Assembly (NCBI RefSeq): GCF_031769215.1
Contig: NW_026782309.1
Location: 248,001 to 312,000, forward strand
DNA length: 64,000 nt
Direction: 5' to 3'
Source: Ylistrum balloti
Taxonomy: Eukaryota
Part shown: in pieces, positions 25,501 to 38,600 of the stretch
How the letters are laid out: the number at the start of each line of letters is the position of its first letter
How positions within the stretch are numbered: the first letter of the stretch is position 1
The notes under the pieces: model-generated
Database searches by the model: none
What the model was told of the DNA's origin: nothing
What the model saw: only the letters and a program-made list of their open reading frames with translations
Translations under genes and position numbers: made by a program

Positions 25501-27439
25501 GGTAGAAACTATGATACTATATATATGATAGAGACATTAACTGGACTGCACTGCTAGACGGAGAGCTAGAGAATGACTATTCACCCGCGCACCCACCCTT
25601 ACCTGGGCATACGCACGTGCTCTACGTGCCTGAGAAGACGAACTATTCCCGCTATACTACCGAAACGCGGGAATATTTAATGTATTTTGCAATACATACA
25701 TAAACACACAAACTTAAACGGATAATTCAAAATTCTTAATTAACAATTCTTCAACAAAATGTTGGCTTTCAAACCTGTGACCATAAATGAAAGTAAAATT
25801 GCATTTCGTCTTTTAAAATGTTATTGAAAATATAAAGTATCTGTCACTATCGTACTAGTGTTGTTTTAGAATGTTGTACTATGTTGTACTGGAATTGTTA
25901 CAGGGGAAAAATATAAGTGATCGTTACGGAATCAATTCTCTGCTGAAACTGTTATTGAATAAATGTTGTACTAGAACTTTTTTTTGTTGTGAAATTCTTT
26001 CTGTTTGAAAAATGTAAATTTCCTGTTCAACTACAATCCCAACCCTTTCTAAATTCAATCATGGAGGTTACTCTAAATGTACATGTTTTAGTGAGTGTTA
26101 TTTTCGCACTTCAAGCATATGATTATGCCATTTGCAGTCTCTATATGTTGCTTATTTAGTAATCATTCTTGATGCCCAAATTTATCATTTGAACAAATTT
26201 GCAAAAAAAAATTATTATGTGCTAAAACTTGATAGTGCCAAAAAAGGAACATTTGCAGCAATGTAATACAACAGAGTGGGCATTTTACAGACCAAAAACA
26301 ACTCAAACTTTGATCTCCCAATCTGATTCGTGCATATTCTCTGTTCACTAAAAAATGTGCACAGTAATACACCTGTAATTGAAATTGTGTTACGGTTTTT
26401 ACTTTTTATAAAATTTTTGATGAATTTCAAATTCAAGCACAAAATTTACCAAGCTTCTAAACAAACCCCATGTACTTAATATTTCATTTCAAGATATATA
26501 CCCAGGTAAACTGGTTCGAGATCAGTTCTCAAACTGTATGGGAAGTGATGACTCTGCCCAGACACATGCAAGCCTACCGTATTTCTCCGCCAATAAGCCC
26601 AGGGGGCCTGTGCATGAAATTGAGTAAAGAGTAGGGGGTGGTACTTCTTTTGAATGAACTGAATTTGATGTTAGGAATCACTTCACCTAGAAAATACAAT
26701 TTAGCAGAAATGTAAGATTTGCTCTGTTTGGTAAAAGGACCCAATCAGGGAAAGGATGTAAATTCTACTGTATAAAATAATGTTAGTAAGGAGCCAAAGT
26801 GATTGAATGTTGAATATGTAGTAAATGCAGGATTTAACTTAATTTCCTGGGGTTAGAAGGTTAAAGACCTTGTAAATACAAATGCTTAAGATAACAAGCA
26901 CAATCGTGATAAAGGGAATAACTCCCAAGCAATACTCAGCTTGCTCCTTGCATTGGGAATAGGTGTAAAGGGGAAGACTACTTGCCAACTAGCCGCTGTA
27001 GTCTAAAATAGGGGTAAAATGGATAAGATTGACTTAACATACAGGGATCAATGTTTATAGCATGTTAATGCATTGCAAGACAAGACAATGCAGTTTTCTT
27101 TGTGACACATTTAGACAATACAAATGTACTAGTGGAAAAGCTGAATAGGTGATTTACACTCTACAAAGATTTACGGAGAAAAATGGTTGTTTACAGCCAC
27201 CAAAATCCTTAGATATGTAAATGGAAAATGAATACCTCTGCTCCCTCCCATGCATACTAATATTAATGTTTGACTAATTTCTGTTAATAGTGAGAGTGAC
27301 TTGACATTGGAACTCTGAGACAGGAAACCTTAAAAGAGGAATCATTGTAGTGCGACATTACATAAATACTTTGTGAAATTAAGTCACTGGAATGATGGAT
27401 GACTATATATATACTTTGAGATGGACAAGTACAGGGGAG

Positions 27440-27800
27440 CTCAATTTATTGTGTCAAAATAAAAGTTCTGTTTATGGTAGCAGTGACCTTGACCGTCATG
27501 AGCACTGAACATGAAAAGCAATCCAAAAATAACATGACAATTTGGCAAAATATGTCCCCTTACTGAATGTAAAATTATATGCAAAACAAGCTTTTTCTTT
27601 GATGTAGATGAAAGATTAAAATGTAGGTCAGAGTGGCCTACTTTTGATATCCTACGCAATCAAGGTTAATGCATACACAAAGTACAAGTTACAAGTGGTT
27701 ACTGGTGTACAAGACAGCAAAAGGACATATGTGAGGATGGACATACAGACATAATGCAAAACTTCAGTCCCTCTCGATTCCTAACGAAGGGCTAACAAGT
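27440..27800 (-). repeat. Non-autonomous interspersed repeat (HINE/MITE-like)
   Basis: Minus strand begins TTGTTAGCCCTTCG..GAGGGACTGAAG..GTCTGTATGTCC and contains a GGTCAAGGTCAC core shared with the elements at 40820 and 50370. Family assignment is by resemblance only. Confidence 0.4.
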
Positions 27801-30800
27801 ACTTGGTTTGAGAAAGTGGTGTATGAATTTTGAGCACTCCAAGGGAATTTACTATTCATGAAGTTTGAATGTAATTGGTCAACTTGAACTTGCGTTATTG
27901 TGCTGGAATGGAGATTCCTACCAATTTTCATTTCCCAGTAACAGTGACCTTGATGTTTGAGATTTTGTCCCCAGCATGTACGATCAATAACAAAAGCAGT
28001 TTGAGTTTGAATGATCTTAGGGAACTTATTGTCCGTTGATTCAGATGGATGGAATGATGGCATTACAATCTTGGACTGGAAGTAAAAAATAAAGAAAACT
28101 AAATGCTGGTATTGTATAATTTATTAGCGATTACATACTTTTTACATTATTCATCCACATATGACACATTCATGTCAAGTTTTGTTAGACGATGAGTACA
28201 ATGTGTCATAAGACCTTTGAAAACTGGCTTTTTAAGTTTTGCTAAACTTTAGGACAATTAAAAAACTTTTTAGGCTGTATTTACACAGGAGACTGGAGTT
28301 TCAGTTTGGGAACTTTTAATGAGTATGAACTCTAATGAGCAGCTTCACAACTAATATGGTTTAATGGAACGGTATCACAAGATACTCTGAGGGACATTTA
28401 ACAAGATCGATCAAAAATGAAACATCAACCAGACAAATTACATCTTTGGCAAGAAAAATGGGTTCAGAAGAGAACCAATGTACCTGGTATATACTTAAAT
28501 ATGATACATTTAAATCCCATCACCTCTAATTGTTCACAGCTCAACATCACTACAACACTGGTCAGATCTCAATCATTAGTTGCAAGTTGCAAATATCCAA
28601 AGAAGGGCATTTGGTTACCTCCCTTCACAAAGGATGTAATGAATTACAACAATACTGGGTCCCATAGCAAATAAGTCAAAACAATAATTCATTAAATGAA
28701 AAAAAAAATACACATGCGAACTAAGGATTTCTTAATGTAAATAACAATACAGACACAAATACTGCGTAGATTATAAAACCAAACCTCATTCAAAATCCCT
28801 GCACGGCTAGATTTACTTAGTAATCTTTATTACAAAAAGGATAGCATGTCCTTATAGGGGATGGGAGATGTAGACCCAAAATGGACAGTGAGTGCCAAAG
28901 GCCATCTTCAATACTCCAGGGATTGTGATCACTTTTTGCTCTCTGCACCCCTGGAAAACATCATGGGCTATTCTATCTATCCTACCTCAGGAGTCCAGAG
29001 TTTGTTTATGAGTAACACCCATAGAATTTGCTTCAAAGTAATAGACTGAAAACTGGACCACAGAGAGAAGTATAAATTTTGGAGTCCTGAGGTAAAATAG
29101 ATATTTTACTGGAATTGTCCTTATAATGAATGGGATTTATCAGGTGAAATTTTGTCTCTGGTGCTGGAAATTTGTACGTAAAATTTTAAAAAACAGTTAC
29201 TGAAGTATATTGACAGACTGCATTGCTCTTTATTTACTTAAAAATCTGTACATTTTTTTTTATCAAATTATCTCCCTGTTATCAAATTATTTCACCTAAA
29301 CAATTTTCATTGGCTGCAACAGTTTGAAATCAATTGTAATGTCATAATATGGAAAGATGACATTGCATCATGAATTGACAAATGTTGCAACAAAATGGTT
29401 GCCTCTATTTTATGTCCTCACTTTTCCTTTAAAACCAAATTCCTGTGATTTTCTGAAGTATCTGATAAAAAGCATTTTCAATTGCTTTCCATTTGATATG
29501 AAATTTTATGAAACTTGTCTCAAACTTTGTTGTTGCTTTTTTAATTTTGTAATGGTAAGGAGCTTGAAAATCTCCCTACGTATAGTATGTTAAATAAAGC
29601 CATTGAATGACATATTAACTGAGATTCACTGCAATTTCAACAAACATCAGCTTGTAATACATACATTGTATATCACAACACAAATTTTCGAACCAAAAAA
29701 CTACAATGATTTATATCATACACAAAAGCACATGTTCAACTGTGATAAGTCCAGTGTATGAAAATCAAATGATAATATTGAAAACAACTGGCAGACATCA
29801 TCAAAGCTGAAGCCAAAACAAGCAAACATTAAACAATCCCCAACTTCATTGATCAATATCACCAATCATTTCTATATTCCTGATCTCTTGACACTTCCTG
29901 TCTCACAAACATTTTATACAAAACCATGTATAATATACAAAACGAAAACTGTGACACCATTACAGGGCCTGAGCTTCTCCTTATTACCAGGAGACATATA
30001 TTCACTGCTTTTTGTGTAAGGAGTAAAAAACAGTATCAATCACTTATGAAAAAAGGCCGCACTTCCTGATCTCATTTTGCTTTCTGACAAGTTTCGATAA
30101 CTATGTATGTAAGTAAGTGTCACTTTTTGACGAGTTTCCATAACCATGTCTGTAAGTAAAAGTCCAGCAGGATTAATAACCAAAATGTCATTCTTCAAGT
30201 AACCTATATAACATAACACATAACGGCCTAATTTGTGAATATTGCACAACATAAGAAAATAACTTGTTTTGTAAAGAAAACATCACTAAGGTTTTAATAT
30301 ACATTTGTAAGTAATAGTACACATGTATATGATGATAAACTAAAACTATCAAAATGTAAGGAGTATCTTCCAGCACCATATGTTTCTATTGCAGAACTAA
30401 GCGAATACAATACCACTATAAATACAATGTTTCTAAAACATTTATCTAATGTTGATTCAAAATGTTAATTTTCAGTACACAATCACCTCTTATTGCTTTG
30501 TTTGATATCTTTTTTCCTAAAATTATCATTCCAGAGCAAAAAAGAGACATTGTTTTGAAATCATAAAACATTTTGCATGGGTGGAGGAAAGACTAGTAAG
30601 GAAAAAAACAGATAATGTGAAGAGAAAGAGTGCATTGCAACTTTAGCCTAAAATTTGAAAAAAATTTGAATATTTCATTTTCAAGAAACAGTGTCAAAAT
30701 GACAATTAAATTTCAATTGAATATCTATTATTCAAATGTAAGTACATTTCATTATATTGACCATCTCGATAATAATTACCACAAAAGACATGTTGATATG

Positions 30801-32878
30801 CTGACTAGACAATAAAACATCTGCATCTTATTATGATAACATATAGGAAATCACCAGACAAAACTGCCATATACAGATATAAAACAAAATTGTTCTCTAC
30901 CAACATTCCAATACTGATCCAAAGAAGAACATATTTAAACTCTGGATAGGTTTTATACATTTATAAAAATTAATCACACAATAGTATGTAACTCCTATGA
31001 AATTCAATCAAGACAGTCTGGTGTACTTTTGAAAAAATCATACTTTGAAATTTTAATGAAAATTCATTTGGTTAAGACAACTTTTATCAGTTGCTGGCCA
31101 TATGGCAATCAGCGTATAGCCAAGATAACGCTAAACTTTATTCTTATCTAAAATACTAGCAGAATGAAACCTGGATGGATACAGACCTAAAATCATTGTC
31201 CATACAGAAGAAATGTAAAAATGTACTTTATTATTCATTAACAATCATGAATTGTTGATACTGTAATCCTTCCATCTACTGGCATTTACCTACTTCTGAG
31301 AATTTCTCTTTAGATTAATAGGCAAAAGGTTAGTCTAGTAAGATGGAGACTTTAAGTTTGATCCCCAGCAAAAGTTTAAATACGATAACAGTCACCAAAC
31401 TCCAAACCTTTATAATAATCTTTCCATAAATACATATCCTAAGAGAATACCAATATTCTAGCTAAAATTATCATTATGAAAACCTGATCATCACTTTGCT
31501 AGCACTGAAAACCTTCACTTTGTTATAAGCCAGAAATCTTCCTTCAGAAATGACATTTTTAACTTTCATACTCTTGACAACTCTGACACATCTATTTTAT
31601 GTTACAACTGTCACAGTTTATACTAAAAATAGGTATAATTCAATAGTATACCCTCCATTTATAATCAAATTATGCAAATTAAGTCATAACTTTCATGATA
31701 AATCATGCAAATTAAGTAATTTGTTTGATTATACAAATAAGTCACTCCTTCGATGCATTGTGAACAAAATTTGCAAAGCATGTTCATGTAATATAATAGT
31801 ATTTTTCCTCACAAATAAATTAAATGTATTAAATAGCATCATATGCTCAAAGTCACAAGAATCTAGTTACTGCTTAACCTGCCAAACTAGAACCTTAATA
31901 CCAATGCTCAAAGCAAACATAGCAATGTGTATGAAAAATTGTGAGTTTGTATACTAAGCAATAATATCTTTATTTCAACTAATGTTAAAATGTCTACAAA
32001 ATCACCTTCCACCTTCTATCACCTTGTAAAATCATATCAATGTGGGAGTGGTTTGGGTTACAACACTTAATACAGGGAAATACAGAGCCACATATTAAAG
32101 AATCTCTCCATACTACTAGAAAAAATATATTTATGTTTCTTGTGGGACATAAATTGCAGAAGTTTACACAAGCTAAGAGAAAAAAACAATTTACATAAAA
32201 ATTTCTCTGGACTGTTGTTCTTCAGTAAATTTGAATTGATTTATCTAAATTGTCTACCAATGGAAAGAAAGACAATATCTCTCACACCAATCAGGATCAG
32301 ACATTACATAGTAATAAACAAATTCACTTCTTAACTTCCAACTTTTTGAATACAGAATATTATCCTTCCAACACGTCAAAAAACACAATGAAAAATAACA
32401 ATATGAATGCTTACCATATAAGGCCATGGAGAACATAAGGAACTGAAAGAAGGCATAAACCAATTCACTTTTTGGTGCAAAAAATTCCAAACTGGTACCC
32501 TATGATTATTTCTGTCTTAAACCTGACCACCTCACCAACAAAGATAAAAAATAATTCAACAATTCAGAGGAAGAGTAACAGTAAAATGTAAATGTAATAC
32601 TAATTTATAGCTACTTTACATGAAGTGATAAAACAACATGTCCTTGAATGGCAGGGTATCTATCTATACATACAAATATTACTTTGTTAATCAAAACAGT
32701 TTACATGTTAAATAAACTTCGAGGAAAAATATTAAGTGGCCATATTGAATGGTCATAACTTCTTGTGTAGGACCTAGTTTCCTTTTAAGGACTCAGCTTC
32801 CTATATAGCAGTTGGTGTTCTGTCAAGGACCTAATTCCTTGGGAGGACCTTGCTTCCTTACTGGACACTTCTTCCTGT

Positions 32879-35334
32879 TTAGGACCCTGCCTCCTGTTCC
32901 TGTCCTAATCCTTCCAAAATGATCCCCATTGGTGTCCTTTTTAGGCCTATGTACTCCATTTTATTTGTTATCTTGTTCTTGACATTCCTCATACGTAGCG
33001 ATGCATGTAGCAGAATTACTACAACAAGACATTATACATGATCACATTATAAAAGGTAGAATTTTAAAGAACAGAAAGATTTAATGGCCACCGTTCATTT
33101 GTTGTATACTTAAGCAAATTACTTTACTGTTAACTCAGCTGTAAATGGTCAAACAGTGCAAAGAAAGTTGTCTGTAAGCGGTTTGAGCTGAATGGCAGCT
33201 CCAGTTGTATGCTCCTCAGGGAGTTGAGAAAGAGCATGGTTAGTAGCAAAAGGTTAGATAACCACAGATAAAGATTTGGTACGTGCTTCAAGGCAGCCGT
33301 TGCTGTGATAAAGCAGATTCTAAGAAACTCAGATTATCATTATCATTATTACAATAATGCATAAACATATTATGATTTATATAAACTGAATTTGTAAGAG
33401 GATTTTCAATAAAAGTTTTTTTCTTTCAAATATAGATTCTGACATCGTTTCTGACATTTTTTTAGTAGCTCATGTAGAAGCTAATAACATTCTGGAATAA
33501 CAATACTTACAAAGCAAAGGGAATGCTATGCCGAACATGAATACAATGACAGCTCCAATCAAGTACACAAGTACATATCCTGTCGCCAGGACAATGAGGA
33601 TGCTGATGAGTGGGTGATCCCGCTTAAAACGGCGGGCTGTGAACTGGCTATTGGTACAGTAAACAAATGCTCCAAAAGCAACGGCTATCGCAACAAATCC
33701 ACAGGCCATTTTCACTGGGTGAATGATCCTAAATAGAACAGAACAGTACAGAATATGAGTAACTGATATTTCCTGAAAACTCTTAAGAGCTTGCAAAAAT
33801 GGACAGTAAAGTGACTGGCAAAATAAGACTTTAGAAGTAAGGTAAAATTTACATCAGATATATCGAAACAAGGGTAATTATATTTTTGATGTCTCTAAGA
33901 TAGAAATCAAATCTGGGACCCCTGGTTAAGTAGACTAACAGTTTACAATGTAAGTAGACTTCGCCTAGCAGCTGTTAAGAACTGAAAGTGATTTTTACCA
34001 GGTTAAAAATCAAATACACATATCCTTTTATTTTCTAGGTAACAGCAATATTGACAATATTTCCAGGTCCAGATAAACATATATAGACATTAGATATGTT
34101 TATAATACTAGTTTTAATGCCTATATTGAGGATTAAACTCTAAATTACCCTAGTAAAGTGGTTAGAAGCAGCTAGTAAACATTTTATCATAATTACACTG
34201 ATTTTAAATTGAGAAACAAAACACATTTTGTTATGTACTTGATTTGAATCAAAACATTATCCAATTTTACACTGGTAGGCTCTGCAAATAAATGCTGGAA
34301 ATGTGTCCAGATTTTGTATGGACATATAAATTATACAGTGCTGAAGATGTACATACAAGTAAAAAAATGAACAAAGCATCTGATTTATGTGTTGAAAGCT
34401 TTTAAACGGGCATACACTCACCACCTGGTACACATGTAGTTTACTTTGATAAACTAATGCAGAAGGCACATTCCTTTTTACCTTTTCACCTGAACTTGTT
34501 TCATGTTGTATTTTTACACATGTAATTGACAAGTTTAAGCATTTTATTTTTAGTGACCTACTTATTTAATAACTAGCATGAGGAAGTCAGAAAGAGGTTG
34601 GACAGAAAAGTGTTAATGCAACTCTGGTAATACTTCCTACAATATAGTTTGGCTAAAGAGATCTTCTCTTCAGCTTGACTGATGGAGCATAGAACAAGCA
34701 AGCTTGAGGTTCCAAGTTCATATCAAAGCAGAGGTATTGAAATAATTAAATGTAATGACCTTTGTTACATATATGTGTATTGGTATCCATGTAGGAAATG
34801 GAATATATAATACACGCCTAATAAGCATTTTGTAACACTTTAAGGGAGGGTATGTAACCATGGTAAACAATAGCCGTAAACACATGACTAGTAAGCCCCT
34901 GTGTACAAATGTATACCAAAGGTACCGTATACCAAAGAGTGACGAGGCCATTGTGACAGAACTACATAGACACTTGCATTCCTCAAAACAGGCTCTGGCC
35001 TGGCATAAAGGTCCAATGTGTTATATATTTCATGCGTATTTTTTATGTGTCGTGTCCTACAATATTTCGATATAACAAAAGCATGAGTCAGAATAGGATT
35101 TATCGTATAATTACTTACAACACGTCACGCAGGAAATGTCAACATTACCACTTACCCGATCAATAAAAAGACAATCATCGCTGTCAAGAAATAATTTGTC
35201 TGGTAGTAAAGCAAATTATTCAATACCCTGTTTGCCCATTTTTCTGGGTCTTTAATATTCGGAGTCTGGAATCGAGCCGACTCCATCATAAAGTCATTTA
35301 AAGTTCGGAGCGGTGCTAATTGTACGTCAGCCAT
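32879..35334 (-). CDS. ARL6IP5: PRA1 family protein 3, 178 aa; exons 35334-35156, 33728-33511, 33018-32879
   Basis: [35 protein letters not shown], hydrophobic hairpins and [27 protein letters not shown] junctions are in frame (179+218+140 = 537 nt). Confidence 0.95.
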
Positions 35335-35661
35335 GCTGTCAAACGCCGCTTATACTATAAAGAATAATGCAAAATAAAAAAATAGAATACAAAGTAAGGC
35401 AGAAATATACTAACCAATATGTAGTAAAAACTAAAAATAGTTCCATGAAATAGATATTAGAATATGTTGAACAATAAAAAACGAAGAAAAGTGTTTTAGG
35501 TCGTGTTTATTTTTTGATAGCCTAAGCGATATCCAGAAAAATATTACTCTGCGTTGTGTAAACGTTTGTATAAAGGGCTTTTTAAATGACGACGGTAAAG
35601 CATGTTTATGAAATGTAGTTTCGTTTTGAAAATCTACTCAAGTCTGTCTTGATTTGTTTTT
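35335..35661. promoter_or_regulatory. Probable bidirectional promoter between ARL6IP5 (-) and UBA3 (+)
   Basis: Divergent start codons are about 330 bp apart (35334 and the proposed 35662). The UBA3 first coding micro-exon is inferred. Confidence 0.6.
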
Positions 35662-38600
35662 ATGAATGGTAAGTCACAACATTTACCCTCATTATAATCC
35701 GATGTCGGACAAATTGGACCATTGCTTCGTGGTTTGTACGCTTTCTGAAATATGCAAAAAAATTAAAGAGGCCTATTTTCACGAATACGCTTCCAAAACG
35801 TTGACCGCCGCACCTTTAGCTGTGTAAAGTAAAGTCAACAATAAATTAATATTATAAATAAACAAACAATAATGTTTGACATTTCAGTGTATTAACAAAA
35901 GAAAAAAAGGTTTCATACTACATGGGTATTTTGTTTAATGAAAATATAAAAAGTACCCATAACTGTTGTAAAAATAACTTACAAAATGTACTTTGTTCTG
36001 AGGTATAATTTGAATGTTTTCTCCACTGTTATAAACTACAGTTTTGCCTTTACATTCTGGGGTTTATGCCCCGTATAACAACGTTAGTAGATATACTAGC
36101 AAAATAGAAATGGTGCAATCCAATCTTATCAACTTTGTAATAAACCAAATTATTGATAAAATCTTATCTCAGTTCATTTATACCGTCCTTATTATAGAAA
36201 AAAATCATTTGAACAGATATTCTATGCACTTCCATCAACAGTAGAATTTGATTTATTAATTGGTTGTAGTAAATTGTAAATGCATCCCAGTGTAGTATTT
36301 CCCTTTAGAGGCTTTCTTAATGATTTGCTGACGTAGAAAGAACTTGTATGTGACCACATACTGTCATTATTGTGATTTATGTGGTAATGTGAATAAAGAA
36401 TGCTTATGCTGTATACTTACATGTAGTTTGTATTTTGTACAGATTACTTCATAATGGAAGCAGATTTAACTGGTCGCTGGAATCATGTGCAGAAGTTTTT
36501 GGAGAGAGGTGGACCCTTTGCTCATCCAGATTTTGAACCAAGTTCTGAGGTATAGCAACCAAAAGAAGGGTCATTAATTTTTAGGTCATCTAACCTAAAG
36601 GGTCATGATGACCTTTTGCCATTGTGCTTCATCCATCGTTGTCTGCCATGTGCCGCCCACTGTGTGTAAACTTTTGACATTTGAAACTTATTATAAAGTT
36701 ACACCAGTGAGATTGGGCATAAGCTTGCATGAAATGATCCTGAGATGGTCTTGACCAAGTGTTGTTATTTTTCAGGTCGGTCTGAGATCCAAGATGGCAG
36801 CCATGACTGCCATCTTGAAAAACATATTTTAAAACTTCTTGTCCATTTCCAATGGTTCCATTGAGCTAAAAACTGGTGGGAATGTTAAAGAAAGGTAGCC
36901 AACAAAATGTTGTTATTTTTTACCTCTTCAGACCTTCTACACTGCAGCTTGGGAGGTCATTTTGTAACATGATTGTGCAATCATGGTTTTCCTGTGCAAC
37001 ACCTATTTCAAACTTCTTCTCATGTTTCACCAGTGGGATTGAGCTCCAACTTTACTGTCAAAAAATAGGTAACACTTGTTACAGTTACCAACTCCTCACC
37101 AAAACTAGCATCTGCATCATGGAAAGCAGCTTCTTAGTAAGATTTCATTTAAAAGTAGAAAAAACTAGTCAGATGATTAGTAAGGCCTCTTGCTTTATTA
37201 TCAAGCATTCAAATACAATAATGAAGAATTAAGAATACTAGCTGTTTTTAGGTAACCAACATAAACACTTTGACTCATAGTAGGTAGGGATGAACTTAAC
37301 CTTGTTGCCAGAAAATGAATAAATCTGTTTGTGTTTGTTAGAAGTTTTGCTGAAATGCAGATGACATGGATGGGTTTCTTATCAGATGCAGACTTAGCGC
37401 CAGATAAATATGGTACTGTCAATGTGACAGATTCTCTTGTAATACTTGAAGGTCTTTCAATATTTTTTCTTGTGTTTTGTATACACTGGTTAGCATTTTG
37501 CCATTGTTCACAAAGTGATGCAAAATATCTTTTTCTTATCACCACATTTAAAAACAAAAATTTTAAAATCTTGAATATTTTATTTTAGATAATGAAAATT
37601 AACATTATTGATGTGTTTGTGTGAATACATCTTTACATTTTGGACACGTATTTGTTTCTTTCCCAGACCCTATCATTCCTACAGGAAGTATGTAAAATCC
37701 TGGTTATAGGAGCAGGAGGCCTAGGATGTGAACTCCTGAAGGACTTGGTAAGTTGTCACGTCTCTGACAGTAATGTGATAGTGAGGGATATGACTGTACT
37801 GGGATCTTTTAAAGCAGTTGGCTGTTGTTTCTTAAATTGATCATTACACTTCAGTAATACTTAACAAGAGTAGAATTGTTTTAAGAGTCACATTTGAAAA
37901 CCACTTTTAACATATAACACAGAATCAACACTAAAGGATCATACACAAAAATGATTCACAAAACAAGAGTTTCTGTCTGTGACTTTTTCTACAGATAGTA
38001 GAAATTTGGTACTTGAAAAAACTGAAAAGTTTACTTGTATCCAAGTTTGACCAAGGCAAAATCTTGGTAATGAGAGACTTCATAGTTACTCAACTATAGA
38101 AAACTGGATTCATAAGATACATCCATTATTTACAGCTGTCTAGTTTGTTTACATTTGTTAAGTCTATTGATAATATTGTTATTGTGATTTGCAGGCTTTG
38201 ATGGGATTTCAGCTGTCTAGTTTGTTTACATTTGTTAAGTCTATTGATAATAATGTTATTGTGATTTGCAGGCTTTGATGGGATTTCAGAATATTACTGT
38301 GATAGACATGGACACCATAGACATCTCAAATCTCAACAGACAGTTTTTGTTCAGGTATAAAGACTACCAACATAAAGATGTTATAACAGAACTTGTAACA
38401 CATTTATTTTAGATCTAGATCTGTTGTGTCGGACACTGATGCTTTCCATTGAAATTATTATCTCAATATACCAGGGTGGTTTCCATATCCGTGTGATACA
38501 TATGTACCAACACAGAGTGAATTAATACTTATGTCTTGAAGACTGCAGGAAGCATCAACTATCGAATGCTTTTGATATCTTAAGTGTGATTGTTTCAGGA

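Larger units (their letters stand above)
20411..25680 (-). mobile_element. Tyrosine-recombinase retrotransposon (DIRS order, PAT-like, split direct repeats A1-gag/RT/RH/MT-YR-B1-A2-B2), 5270 bp
   Basis: A repeats (145 bp) at 25536-25680 and 20956-21100 are identical; B repeats (81 bp) at 21100-21180 and 20411-20491 are identical; B1 abuts A2. Internal ORFs encode gag, RT, RNase H, an MT-like domain and YR. No target-site duplication. Confidence 0.95.

Noticed and set aside
25700-32760. Numerous 60-135-aa ORFs between the retrotransposon and ARL6IP5
   Set aside because: AT-rich low-information translations with no consistent exon chain; probably intergenic repeats plus a long ARL6IP5 3' UTR, which cannot be delimited without transcript data.
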